DNA of 33,937 nucleotides from a virus (taxonomy: Duplodnaviria > Caudoviricetes). Both the position numbers and the translations under genes were made by a program. Below the pieces are notes generated by a model that was given only the letters and a program-made list of their open reading frames with translations, made no database searches and was not told the origin of the DNA. Where the stretch lies: positions 1 through 33,937 of the IMG/VR virus record IMGVR_UViG_3300032330_001413; one strand, 5' to 3'. Positions 1 to 7,621 of this stretch are shown piece after piece. Numbering within the stretch: the stretch's first letter is position 1; each line of letters starts with the position of its first letter.

Positions 1-1
1 G

Positions 2-892
2 GCATCGGGGGATAGTAACTTAAAAGTTACCAAGTTTGCACCAAACGCAAGGTTTAAATTTCAATCGGGAAAGCCTGTCATTGTTATGTTAGACGAGATT
101 GGTAAGGCGATGAAAGCGGTTAAGAATGTCTTACTTACTCTCATGTTGGAAAAGCGTATCGGTGATGTGTCTTTGCCCGAGGGTTCAATCGTGTTCGGCA
201 CAACTAACCTAGCTACTGATGGGGTGGGTGATAGCCTCGAGGCTCATGCTCGTAATCGTGTTTGTTTTGTTACGGTGCGTAAACCTAGTGCGGGCTTTGG
301 TGCTGATGGTTCAGTCGATAACGACTCTTGGGGTGCGTGGGCTTTGGAGAATGATATTGCGCCTGAGATTATTGCGTGGGTTAAACAATTCCCCCATGCA
401 CTTGAGTCCTATACTGACTCGGCTCAGAAAGACAATCCATATATCTTTAACCCAACTCGTGCGGGACAGTCAGCGTTCGTAACCCCTCGGTCTTTGGAGA
501 AGGCATCACACATAGCTAAGAAGCGTGCTGACCTAGGTGAAAGCGTAACTATATCTGCGTTGGCAGGAACTATCGGGGAGTCGGCGGCGAGAGATATGCA
601 AGCGTTCTTTACTGTTGTGGATAAGCTACCTACATGGGAAGCAATCATGGATAGCCCTGCAACTGCGAAAGTCCCTGACGATGCCGTAGCTAAATGTATC
701 TTGGTGTTTAGCGCAATCACTCGGGTTGATAAGGATACGCTACCTAAATGGTTGAAGTATGCGGATAGGCTAGACAAAGAACTTCAGGCTCTCTTTGCTC
801 GTAGTGTTGTCAAATCTAGTTCTAAGCAAGCGATGGCGGTGTCCAATAAAGATTTTGTGAAGTGGGCTACCGATAACCAATGGTTGTTCTAA
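2..892 (+). CDS. MoxR-like AAA+ ATPase (5'-truncated by the window edge)
   Basis: The frame is open from position 2 (ASGDSNLKVTKFAPNARFKFQSGKPVIVMLDEIGK...). It shows Walker B VIVMLDE, sensor-1 GTTN, an Arg-finger region ARNRV and sensor-2 TPRSLE. Walker A lies upstream of the window, so the track start at 86 is internal. Confidence 0.85.
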   Translation, partial: ASGDSNLKVTKFAPNARFKFQSGKPVIVMLDEIGKAMKAVKNVLLTLMLEKRIGDVSLPEGSIVFGTTNLATDGVGDSLEAHARNRVCFVTVRKPSAGFGADGSVDNDSWGAWALENDIAPEIIAWVKQFPHALESYTDSAQKDNPYIFNPTRAGQSAFVTPRSLEKASHIAKKRADLGESVTISALAGTIGESAARDMQAFFTVVDKLPTWEAIMDSPATAKVPDDAVAKCILVFSAITRVDKDTLPKWLKYADRLDKELQALFARSVVKSSSKQAMAVSNKDFVKWATDNQWLF

Positions 893-896
893 ACCA

Positions 897-915
897 AATA
901 CTGTCAGACAGTATT
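897..915. promoter_or_regulatory. Perfect 19-bp palindrome AATACTGTC-A-GACAGTATT (operator-like), copy 1
   Basis: Intergenic and just upstream of the RBS at 921. Positions 893-916 are identical to 2659-2682. Confidence 0.7.
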
Positions 916-928
916 ACGAAAGGAGAAG

Positions 929-1099
929 ATGATGAGTGAACATATAAAGATCGAAAGATGGCAGTTGATTGAACACTTACTTAGTTCGTGGAAAGACCAT
1001 TATGAACAGATGGATGATGACTTTCTTATTAACGAATACAAAGACTATATAAGTGAAGACCCTGATTATGACGTAACTATTGAAATAGTGGAGGAATGA
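929..1099 (+). CDS. Small acidic hypothetical protein (56 aa; absent from the ORF track)
   Basis: MMSEHIKIERWQLIEHLLSSWKDHYEQMDDDFLINEYKDYISEDPDYDVTIEIVEE. RBS AGGAG at 921. It fills the gap between the AAA and VWA genes. Confidence 0.75.
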   Translation: MMSEHIKIERWQLIEHLLSSWKDHYEQMDDDFLINEYKDYISEDPDYDVTIEIVEE

Positions 1100-1100
1100 T

Positions 1101-2291
1101 ATGACTAAACTAACTGCGGAACAACGAGTGCAAAAGTCCCATGTGGCTTTGATGAATGACCCTAAGTATTGCTTGTATTCGGGTATCTTCATGCTCGGTA
1201 AGACTGAGGTGAATGATGACTTGCCAACTGCTTGCACCGATGGTAGGAACACTTACTATGGTCGTAAGTTTGTAGACAAGCTAAAGGATTCTGAATTGAA
1301 AGGCTTGATACTTCACGAGAATCTACACAAGGCTTTCCGACATACAACTGTATGGAAACATCTTTACAAACAAAGCCCACAACTAGCGAACATGGCTTGT
1401 GACTTTGTAATTAACCTGATGATTCATGATTCAGACCCGCAAGGCTCTAATGTAACTCTGCCCGAGGGTGGTTGTTTAGATGAGAAGTATCGGGGTATGG
1501 ATGCGGGCGAGGTGTTTCGTTCACTTAAACAAGAACAAGAACAAAGGAAACAAAATGGAAAAGGCGATGGTAGTGGCGAGGGCGAACAAGCGGGTGGGTC
1601 GGGCTTTGACGAGCACGATTGGGAGAGTGCCGATGAAATGTCAGAAGACGAGAAACAAACATTGGCTCGTGAAGTCGATCAAGCGTTAAGACAAGGCGCA
1701 CTACTGGCGGGTAAGCTAAATGGTAATGTGCCAAGGGAAATCTCTGAGGCTATGGAAGCTAAGGTTAATTGGAAAGAAGTATTGAGAGACTTTGTTAATT
1801 CCATATGTGCAGACAAGGATAACTCTACATGGCGCAGACCAAACCGTAGGTGGGTAGATCAGGATGTGTATATGCCAAGCGCAATCGGTGAGGCGGTGGG
1901 TCGTATCGTGGTAGCGATAGACACGAGTGGAAGTATTGGGCAAGCTGAGATCGGGCAATTCCTAGGCGAACTCTTATCTATCTGTAACCATGTGCAACCC
2001 GAAGGTATTGATCTGATGTATTGGGACACAGAGGTATGTGCTCACGAGAAGTATGACCGAGGAGATTACGAAGCAATCATGACTTCAACTAAACCTGCGG
2101 GCGGTGGTGGCACAAGTGCAGATTGTATTCCTAAATACATAGCACAACACAAGCTAAACCCTGAGTGTGTAATCGTGCTGACTGACGGCTACATTGGCGG
2201 TTGGGGTGATTGGAAACATCCTGTCTTTTGGGGTATGACTAGCCACATGGTTGCACCTGTTGGTATCAGCGTTCGTATCGAGGAGGTGTGA
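1101..2291 (+). CDS. Putative metallopeptidase + VWA-like domain protein (DUF2201-type)
   Basis: PTACTDG and HExxH (HENLHKAFRH) in the N-terminal half, then an acidic/Gly linker. MIDAS motifs follow: IDTSGSI, GGGTS, VLTDGY. It sits near the AAA+ ATPase gene. Confidence 0.85.
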   Translation: MTKLTAEQRVQKSHVALMNDPKYCLYSGIFMLGKTEVNDDLPTACTDGRNTYYGRKFVDKLKDSELKGLILHENLHKAFRHTTVWKHLYKQSPQLANMACDFVINLMIHDSDPQGSNVTLPEGGCLDEKYRGMDAGEVFRSLKQEQEQRKQNGKGDGSGEGEQAGGSGFDEHDWESADEMSEDEKQTLAREVDQALRQGALLAGKLNGNVPREISEAMEAKVNWKEVLRDFVNSICADKDNSTWRRPNRRWVDQDVYMPSAIGEAVGRIVVAIDTSGSIGQAEIGQFLGELLSICNHVQPEGIDLMYWDTEVCAHEKYDRGDYEAIMTSTKPAGGGGTSADCIPKYIAQHKLNPECVIVLTDGYIGGWGDWKHPVFWGMTSHMVAPVGISVRIEEV

Positions 2292-2536
2292 TGGCTAATG
2301 TAAACCTAACGACACGGCAGATAGTAGAAGAAGGACTCAGTAAAGTATTTGATGAGGTGTATTCCCAACATGGGCATATAGAGTATCGGTTAGAACAATG
2401 CGGTAAGTTATACCGAGTCAAGAAAACTTTATGGGGAAACAACTTTAGACCCGAATACAAAACAGGGTGGTTAAAACTTAAAGAAGCACAAGCAATTTTA
2501 AAACTAATGGAGGTAAGCGAAGATGGCACAGCCTAG
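2288..2536 (+). CDS. Hypothetical protein
   Basis: RBS AGGAGG at 2281. The start overlaps the upstream stop, and the gene packs into the operon. Confidence 0.7.
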   Translation: MMANVNLTTRQIVEEGLSKVFDEVYSQHGHIEYRLEQCGKLYRVKKTLWGNNFRPEYKTGWLKLKEAQAILKLMEVSEDGTA

Positions 2537-2729
2537 AGATTTTGCAACACTGATGGTAAAGAAAGATGTAAGAAAGAAGTTTATAGATTCAAAGAAGAAG
2601 ATGGAAACGCAGTTAGGGGTAACTCTAACTAACTCAAACGCATTAGATATTATCTGCGACCAAATACTGTCAGACAGTATTAAGTTAACGATGAGGATTG
2701 TCCCACTTAAACAAGGAGAAGCATCATGA
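2523..2729 (+). CDS. Small putative DNA-binding protein (ribbon-helix-helix-like)
   Basis: An alternating beta-strand (FATLMV) is followed by two predicted helices (KKDVRKKFIDSKKKME; TNSNALDIICDQIL). RBS GGAGG. The fold is inferred. Confidence 0.55.
   Translation: MAQPRDFATLMVKKDVRKKFIDSKKKMETQLGVTLTNSNALDIICDQILSDSIKLTMRIVPLKQGEAS
2663..2681. promoter_or_regulatory. 19-bp palindrome, copy 2 (inside CDS 2523-2729)
   Basis: AATACTGTCAGACAGTATT, about 45 nt upstream of the DUF3150-like start. Confidence 0.7.
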
Positions 2730-3565
2730 TTGGAAGCAACGCTATGCTAGTAGACCTAAACATTTCTATGTGGACAGGTCGTAAGATGGATAAGAAAGTA
2801 TCAGAGGAGATTGATGCAACTAAAAGCACCAAGGCTCGGGCGGGTAACTACCACAAGAAGTTACTAGCAGGGTCAGACAAGCTAGAGAAAGTGCAGAAGA
2901 TTGCGACTGCGGTTCGCACTTGGAACTACCAACAAACCCTACCTTGGAGCGATGGTGGCTCACGCTTGCTTCCGATGAAATCCTTTTTTGATTACAAGGC
3001 TACGCTAGGCAATTACGAGGCGCAGTATACACAGGCGGTGGATGATTTTCTTACGGAGTATCCGCAACTGGTTTCATCTTCTGCTTTCACGCTTGGCGAT
3101 TTGTTTGACCGAGGGGAATATCCCACAGCCGAAGAACTGCGTAACAAGTTTCGTTTTAAATACGTCTTCTGTCCTGTCCCTGATGTGGGGGATTTCAGAA
3201 TAGATGTTGAGGAACAGGCTAAGAATGAACTACAACAACAATACAAGGACTATTACGAAGGTAAGCTAGCTGATGCCATGAAGGATGCTTGGGATAGGTT
3301 GCATGAAACCCTGACTCATTTGAGTGAACGCATGGACTACACAGATGAGAATAAAAAGAAGTTTTGGGATTCTACTATTACCAATGCGGTGGACTTGTGC
3401 GGACTTCTTACAAGCCTTAACATCACCAACGACCCAAAGATGGAACAAGCACGCCAACAACTTGAGAAGGCTTTGTCAGGTGTGGATGCGTCAGACATTC
3501 GTGAGAGCGAAGCTATCCGAACCAGCGTTAAGTCTAAGGTAGATGAAATTCTAAACATGTTTTAA
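2726..3565 (+). CDS. DUF3150-like phage protein
   Basis: LVDLNISMWTGRK, TLPWSDGG.RLLP and EYPTAEELRNKFRF motifs, with a helical C-terminus. This family typically neighbours phage AAA/VWA pairs. RBS AGGAG at 2714. Confidence 0.65.
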   Translation: MIGSNAMLVDLNISMWTGRKMDKKVSEEIDATKSTKARAGNYHKKLLAGSDKLEKVQKIATAVRTWNYQQTLPWSDGGSRLLPMKSFFDYKATLGNYEAQYTQAVDDFLTEYPQLVSSSAFTLGDLFDRGEYPTAEELRNKFRFKYVFCPVPDVGDFRIDVEEQAKNELQQQYKDYYEGKLADAMKDAWDRLHETLTHLSERMDYTDENKKKFWDSTITNAVDLCGLLTSLNITNDPKMEQARQQLEKALSGVDASDIRESEAIRTSVKSKVDEILNMF

Positions 3566-3575
3566 GGGAGGGTGT

Positions 3576-3980
3576 ATGGGATACCGAAGCGAAGTAGGGT
3601 TTTGCTTACAAGTAAAAGAGCCTGAGAAGTTTGTAGCGTTATTAAAGCTAAGGACTGATGAAGTAATAAAAGAGATGATGCAGTATATGTATCTCGACAA
3701 TCAAAACCTAATACATTTTCATCACACTTATTGGAAATGGTATGAAGATTCACAGAAGGTTCTTGATGAAATTATGAAGATGGCTGAAAACTATGACGGG
3801 GACTATGCGGGTAAGTTTGCTCGTTTTGGTGAGGAGTCAGATGACATAGAAGAAGACGCATGGGGTGATTGCGGTTGGGATTTGGATTACCCCTATGTAG
3901 TAAGAAGTTTGGAGTTAGGTTTTAACCCTAAAGAAGCAAAGAAAATAACCGAGGAGAAAGCAGATGTTACAACTAACTGA
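3576..3980 (+). CDS. Conserved phage hypothetical protein (MGYRS-start family)
   Basis: MGYRSEV...WKWYE...FARFGEESDDIEE pattern. RBS GGGAGG. Confidence 0.75.
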   Translation: MGYRSEVGFCLQVKEPEKFVALLKLRTDEVIKEMMQYMYLDNQNLIHFHHTYWKWYEDSQKVLDEIMKMAENYDGDYAGKFARFGEESDDIEEDAWGDCGWDLDYPYVVRSLELGFNPKEAKKITEEKADVTTN

Positions 3981-4773
3981 TATAGACAAAACAAAACTAA
4001 GCGAGCCAGTATTAAACATATTAAATACAATCGAATTAAAACACGCAAAGATGCAATACTGTCTGACAGTATCCGCAGTTCAAAACATACACCGAGAAGA
4101 GTTTTGGCAATTAAGATTCCATGACCCACGTTTTATGGAAGAAGACGAATCTGTTGCTTGTGTAGGTATAGTCGAATGGGCTTATGGTAGCCGTAGCGAG
4201 AAAGAATACAAGATCACATCACGTAAAATTCAGAACGATAGGTATGGACATTGGGGTAACGAGCACTCATCACGCAGAACTAAGGACATGAAGAAGGCGG
4301 TAAAGATTGCGATGGAAGCGATGCAACCATATGAGTATCACGAGGTATCTGCTAAGGGTAGACGTGATGCCGAGAGAGCGCATGAAAGATGGGCGCAAGA
4401 GGATAACAAGGCGGTCTATCCATTCCGTATTAACACAGAGTTTATGTATGAGGAAATTAAATACCTAGTAGCCACAGGGGTTCAGTTCAAAACCGATGCT
4501 TTTAAAAATGCGGCAGCAGGAATAGACGCTTATGAAGAGATGCAACGCAAGGCGCAAATTAAGCCTAAGTTTGATACGGTTATGGTGCGAGGTGAAAAAC
4601 TTATCCTTATTCCCGATGGTCGTGCGCTAGAACCACAAGAGTTAGACGTTGTTGAGGCGCTACCCGAAAGAACCAGAAACGGTATCGCTCTTCTCAAACT
4701 TGTTGGTAAAGACACGTTACTGCCAGAGGTAGGTTATCGGGCTGGGGAAAACACCTACTTTATTCTTGTTTGA
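3964..4773 (+). CDS. Hypothetical protein (C-terminal domain paralogous to 4831-5151)
   Basis: 269-aa ORF with RBS GAGGAG at 3951. Confidence 0.8.
   Translation: MLQLTDIDKTKLSEPVLNILNTIELKHAKMQYCLTVSAVQNIHREEFWQLRFHDPRFMEEDESVACVGIVEWAYGSRSEKEYKITSRKIQNDRYGHWGNEHSSRRTKDMKKAVKIAMEAMQPYEYHEVSAKGRRDAERAHERWAQEDNKAVYPFRINTEFMYEEIKYLVATGVQFKTDAFKNAAAGIDAYEEMQRKAQIKPKFDTVMVRGEKLILIPDGRALEPQELDVVEALPERTRNGIALLKLVGKDTLLPEVGYRAGENTYFILV
4055..4073. promoter_or_regulatory. Palindrome, copy 3 (inside CDS 3964-4773)
   Basis: AATACTGTC-T-GACAGTATC, with a perfect 17-bp core at 4056-4072 and a central T instead of A. Confidence 0.65.
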
Positions 4774-4798
4774 CAACCCCCAAACAAACCAATACAAT
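4770..4798 (+). promoter_or_regulatory. Sigma70-type promoter
   Basis: TTGACA (4770-4775), 17-nt spacer, TACAAT (4793-4798). It lies upstream of the RBS at 4821. Confidence 0.8.
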
Positions 4799-4830
4799 AA
4801 TTATATAAATCCTAAAAATAAGGAGAAAGA

Positions 4831-5151
4831 GTGCGTGACCCCGAAGGCTTTACTAAAGCCATAACAGAACTGTTTGAGAAGTTTCACCATCAACCATCCA
4901 CTATCAGGGTGGAATTCAAGGGTGTTAATCGTGTAGTCATAGGCGGAGGAAGAAACTTTAGTGATCCCAAAACCGTTGAATGTGGTCGAGAACAACTACC
5001 TAAAGAAGTATTAGATAGCATAGCTTTGCTTGATGTAGCCGGTAGGAAAGGCGAGATTACTGGGATAGGTAGAAAGTTATGGGATAACACTTATTACGTA
5101 GAGATGACACCCCATGCGTGGGATGAATTTAAAAAAGGTATTGGAAGATGA
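4831..5151 (+). CDS. Hypothetical protein
   Basis: GTG start with RBS AGGAG at 4821. It shares the LP...IALL...G...NTY pattern with the upstream protein. Confidence 0.75.
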   Translation: MRDPEGFTKAITELFEKFHHQPSTIRVEFKGVNRVVIGGGRNFSDPKTVECGREQLPKEVLDSIALLDVAGRKGEITGIGRKLWDNTYYVEMTPHAWDEFKKGIGR

Positions 5152-5348
5152 ACGAACAAGACTTACGAGATTGCTTTGCTATGTTTGCGTTGGTGGGGAT
5201 TATTATGAACGAAGGGACACTAGACGATAGACACCCACACAGAGCTTACTTAATTGCCGATATAGCCTTAGAAGCACGCAAGCCCAAAGAACCCGAAGTA
5301 GAAGAAGGAATTGTTGCAGTCAAACCGAGAAAGAGGAGTGTCAAATGA
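5148..5348 (+). CDS. Conserved small phage protein (LRDxFA motif)
   Basis: DLRDCFAMFAL...AYLIADIALEAR. ATGA overlap with the upstream gene. Confidence 0.75.
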   Translation: MNEQDLRDCFAMFALVGIIMNEGTLDDRHPHRAYLIADIALEARKPKEPEVEEGIVAVKPRKRSVK

Positions 5349-5488
5349 AAAAGATATTTATAGGAGTAGCCCTAGCCGTTGTGTTGTTAAACGCTTATAG
5401 CGCAACCAAATGCCAAGCTGATGGTCGTGGTGGTGTGTGCTGTTGGGATACTGACCGAGATGGAATCTTTAAACCTATTGGGTGCTGA
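5345..5488 (+). CDS. Secreted cysteine-rich micropeptide (47 aa; absent from the ORF track)
   Basis: MKKIFIGVALAVVLLNAYS-ATKCQADGRGGVCCWDTDRDGIFKPIGC: a Sec-type signal peptide plus four Cys. RBS GAGGAG and ATGA overlap. Confidence 0.75.
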   Translation: MKKIFIGVALAVVLLNAYSATKCQADGRGGVCCWDTDRDGIFKPIGC

Positions 5489-5489
5489 A

Positions 5490-5597
5490 ATGGCTGAACT
5501 ATTATTGTTTACTAAGATAGCGATGATTGCTTCTGTTGCAGGGGCAGTTATAGCTTTAATAATTCTTGGCGTGCTTTTGTATGAGGTGTTTGGATGA
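5490..5597 (+). CDS. Single-pass membrane micropeptide (35 aa; absent from the ORF track)
   Basis: MAELLLFTKIAMIASVAGAVIALIILGVLLYEVFG. It fills the gap exactly and has an ATGA overlap with the next gene. Confidence 0.6.
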   Translation: MAELLLFTKIAMIASVAGAVIALIILGVLLYEVFG

Positions 5598-5944
5598 CAA
5601 CGCCTGAGAAGAAAGTCAAAGAGAAAGTTAAAAAGATATTGGAGGAACAAGGTGCTTACTATTTTATGCCCGCTACTGGTGGTTATGGTAAGTCAGGTGT
5701 GCCTGACATTGTCGCTTGCCTACAAGGGAAGTTCATTGGTATCGAGTGCAAAGCAAACGGCAACAAGCCAACGGCACTACAAGAAAAGAATCTTCACGAC
5801 ATTATGAATGTTGGTGGGTTTGCAGTCTTGATTGACGAGGGCGGTATGGAGTTATTTAAAAATTTGTTGGAGCAGTTAAAGCGGGATGATGTGCCAAGAA
5901 AAGCAGGAATTTATTTTGATTTACTAACCTCATATAAGGAATAA
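5594..5944 (+). CDS. VRR-NUC domain nuclease / Holliday junction resolvase-like
   Basis: TPEKKVK...GYGKSGVPDIVAC...FIGIECKA...PTALQ, a PD-(D/E)xK VRR-NUC signature. Confidence 0.85.
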   Translation: MTTPEKKVKEKVKKILEEQGAYYFMPATGGYGKSGVPDIVACLQGKFIGIECKANGNKPTALQEKNLHDIMNVGGFAVLIDEGGMELFKNLLEQLKRDDVPRKAGIYFDLLTSYKE

Positions 5945-5945
5945 C

Positions 5946-6173
5946 ATGAACGAAGAAAAGATTAGAGAGTTAATTGCATTGATGGACAAGACGTTTGCTG
6001 AAGCTGGGTGCGGTGTATTGGATGCACTTAACTCGGCATCTATTATGTCAACATCTTTAGCACATAGTGTGGGGCTTACCCAAAAGGAATACATTGACAA
6101 TCTTACGCATATGTTCCAACAAACTAACCCACAACACCAACCAATAATTCAAGAGGAGAACGAGAATGAGTGA
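5946..6173 (+). CDS. Hypothetical protein
   Basis: RBS AAGGA and operon packing. Confidence 0.65.
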   Translation: MNEEKIRELIALMDKTFAEAGCGVLDALNSASIMSTSLAHSVGLTQKEYIDNLTHMFQQTNPQHQPIIQEENENE

Positions 6174-6336
6174 CAACGGTAAGGGCGATAAGCCTAGACC
6201 TTTAAGTGTTCCGACAGAAGTATTTGATAAGAACTTTGAAGCTATCTTTGGGGAAAAAACTACTAGACCTCAACCGAAAATAGAACCTATCCCTTTTGCA
6301 GGGATGGTAAACACAGGAGAAGATGATGCGGAGTGA
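6166..6336 (+). CDS. Small conserved phage protein (GKGxxPRP...F..NF..IFG; 56 aa; absent from the ORF track)
   Basis: MSDNGKGDKPRPLSVPTEVFDKNFEAIFGEK... with RBS GAGGAG at 6153. Confidence 0.7.
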   Translation: MSDNGKGDKPRPLSVPTEVFDKNFEAIFGEKTTRPQPKIEPIPFAGMVNTGEDDAE

Positions 6337-6508
6337 GATGCTAGCATTACTAACGGCTTTCTTTTTATATCATGGAGATGCGGGATGGGCATGGTGGTGT
6401 TTGTTTGTATTAGTTTGTTTTTTATATATTGTGCAAGAGATAGATGAAGCACGGAAGAAGACGGCTAAAGAGATTGAAGAACAACGTATTTATTGGGAGG
6501 GCAAGTGA
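6323..6508 (+). CDS. Small membrane protein
   Basis: Hydrophobic segments (LALLTAFFLY; WAWWCLFVLVCFLYIV). RBS AGGAG at 6315. Confidence 0.65.
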   Translation: MMRSEMLALLTAFFLYHGDAGWAWWCLFVLVCFLYIVQEIDEARKKTAKEIEEQRIYWEGK

Positions 6509-6699
6509 TGAACTTAGGATTGGCAATAACTAAAGAACACGCAGATGGCTCGGCTGATGCGGTAGTTCGGTTTGATAAGGAAATGATGGAAGTTCTAGTC
6601 CAAGAAGGTGTGTTACGAATTCTAGAAAGATATATCGAACAAGAAAAAAACGCCAAAGACGGAGTCAAGCTACGCAGGAAGTTGGAGAAAAAGAAATGA
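6493..6699 (+). CDS. Hypothetical protein (true start probably 6505 or 6508)
   Basis: KEHADGSADA motif. RBS GGAGG near 6495 favours the later start. Confidence 0.65.
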   Translation: MGGQVMNLGLAITKEHADGSADAVVRFDKEMMEVLVQEGVLRILERYIEQEKNAKDGVKLRRKLEKKK

Positions 6700-6860
6700 T
6701 TGAGACTTTAATACCCCCGACGACGCTAGATAACGATGTTGCGGTAATGAAAATCATACATCTATTAGGGCAGTTAACTCCAAAAGATATTAGTTACATA
6801 TTGGCGGTAGTTAATCATGTTCATAGAATCGTAGCAGAAGATTTAGATGGGAGATGTTGA
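6696..6860 (+). CDS. Hypothetical protein (54 aa; absent from the ORF track)
   Basis: MIETLIPPTTLDNDVAVMKIIHLLGQLTPKDISYILAVVNHVHRIVAEDLDGRC. ATGA overlap; it fills the gap. Confidence 0.65.
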   Translation: MIETLIPPTTLDNDVAVMKIIHLLGQLTPKDISYILAVVNHVHRIVAEDLDGRC

Positions 6861-7144
6861 TGAGTGAGATGAACGTATTAAAAGAAGCTAATGCAATCAT
6901 CTATGGCGATAGGGAAAAGACTTATGGTCATCCTAGTAAGAACCTTAAAACTATTGCAGTAATGTGGAACGCCTATCTAAATGCTAAAACCACAGACAAG
7001 GGGAAACTAAACGCTAAAGATGTTGCCGCTTTAATGATGCTTGTTAAGGTAGCTAGATTTGCCAACGACCCTAGCCATAGAGATAACTTGGTAGATATTT
7101 GTGGGTATGCGGCTCTAGTAGAACGGTGTGATGAGGCGCAATAG
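6854..7144 (+). CDS. DUF6378 family protein (helical, nucleotide-hydrolase-like)
   Basis: GDREKTYGHP..N...IA.MW..YL...DVA..M.LVKVAR...H.DNLVDICGYAA signature. Confidence 0.8.
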   Translation: MLMSEMNVLKEANAIIYGDREKTYGHPSKNLKTIAVMWNAYLNAKTTDKGKLNAKDVAALMMLVKVARFANDPSHRDNLVDICGYAALVERCDEAQ

Positions 7145-7331
7145 AGAGTTCCGTTGGGCGCAGGTAATGCACTACCTAGAAGGTAATCCACGAACTATAA
7201 AAGAAATTGCTAAATATATGGATGTGGAGTATCAAATGGTAAGGAAATACCTATATGAACTACTAGACGAAGGCAAAATAGAAGTACATGAAACATATAC
7301 AAAACCAATTAGGTATAGGAAGAAGAGATGA
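7128..7331 (+). CDS. Winged-helix DNA-binding protein
   Basis: RTIKEIAKYMDVEYQMVRKYLYELLDEGKI, an HTH plus wing. Confidence 0.7.
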   Translation: MMRRNREFRWAQVMHYLEGNPRTIKEIAKYMDVEYQMVRKYLYELLDEGKIEVHETYTKPIRYRKKR

Positions 7332-7621
7332 AGTTTGATACATTAGGTAGAGCAATAGTTGCTATGAACGTTATTGGGATAGATACCTTAGACATAATGA
7401 TTATTCACCTGATAAAAGTAGGTCAATGGACTACCGTTGGGCAGTTAGTGACTGAGTGTTTAGATATAGCATCCCCAGCTACGGTTCATAGTCGGATTAA
7501 ACATAAGCTAGTCCCCGCAAAGATTCTAAGGCTTGAAGAAAGCAAAGAAGACGGGCGAACTAAATACGTGCATCTTGGTGAGAAGTTTAGTAAGATTGCT
7601 GACAAACTGGAGAAGCTATGA
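7328..7621 (+). CDS. MarR-like winged-helix protein
   Basis: SPATVHSRIK...EDGRTKYVHL, a MarR-type wing (D-x-R). Confidence 0.65.
   Translation: MKFDTLGRAIVAMNVIGIDTLDIMIIHLIKVGQWTTVGQLVTECLDIASPATVHSRIKHKLVPAKILRLEESKEDGRTKYVHLGEKFSKIADKLEKL

Noticed and set aside
897-915. Palindrome as a LexA/SOS box (TACTGT...ACAGTA half-sites)
   Set aside because: The canonical proteobacterial box is CTGT-N8-ACAG. Here the spacer is only 3 nt.
893-4073. Palindromic repeats as a CRISPR array or MITEs
   Set aside because: The copies are 1.4-1.8 kb apart, with no regular spacers, target-site duplications or cas operon.
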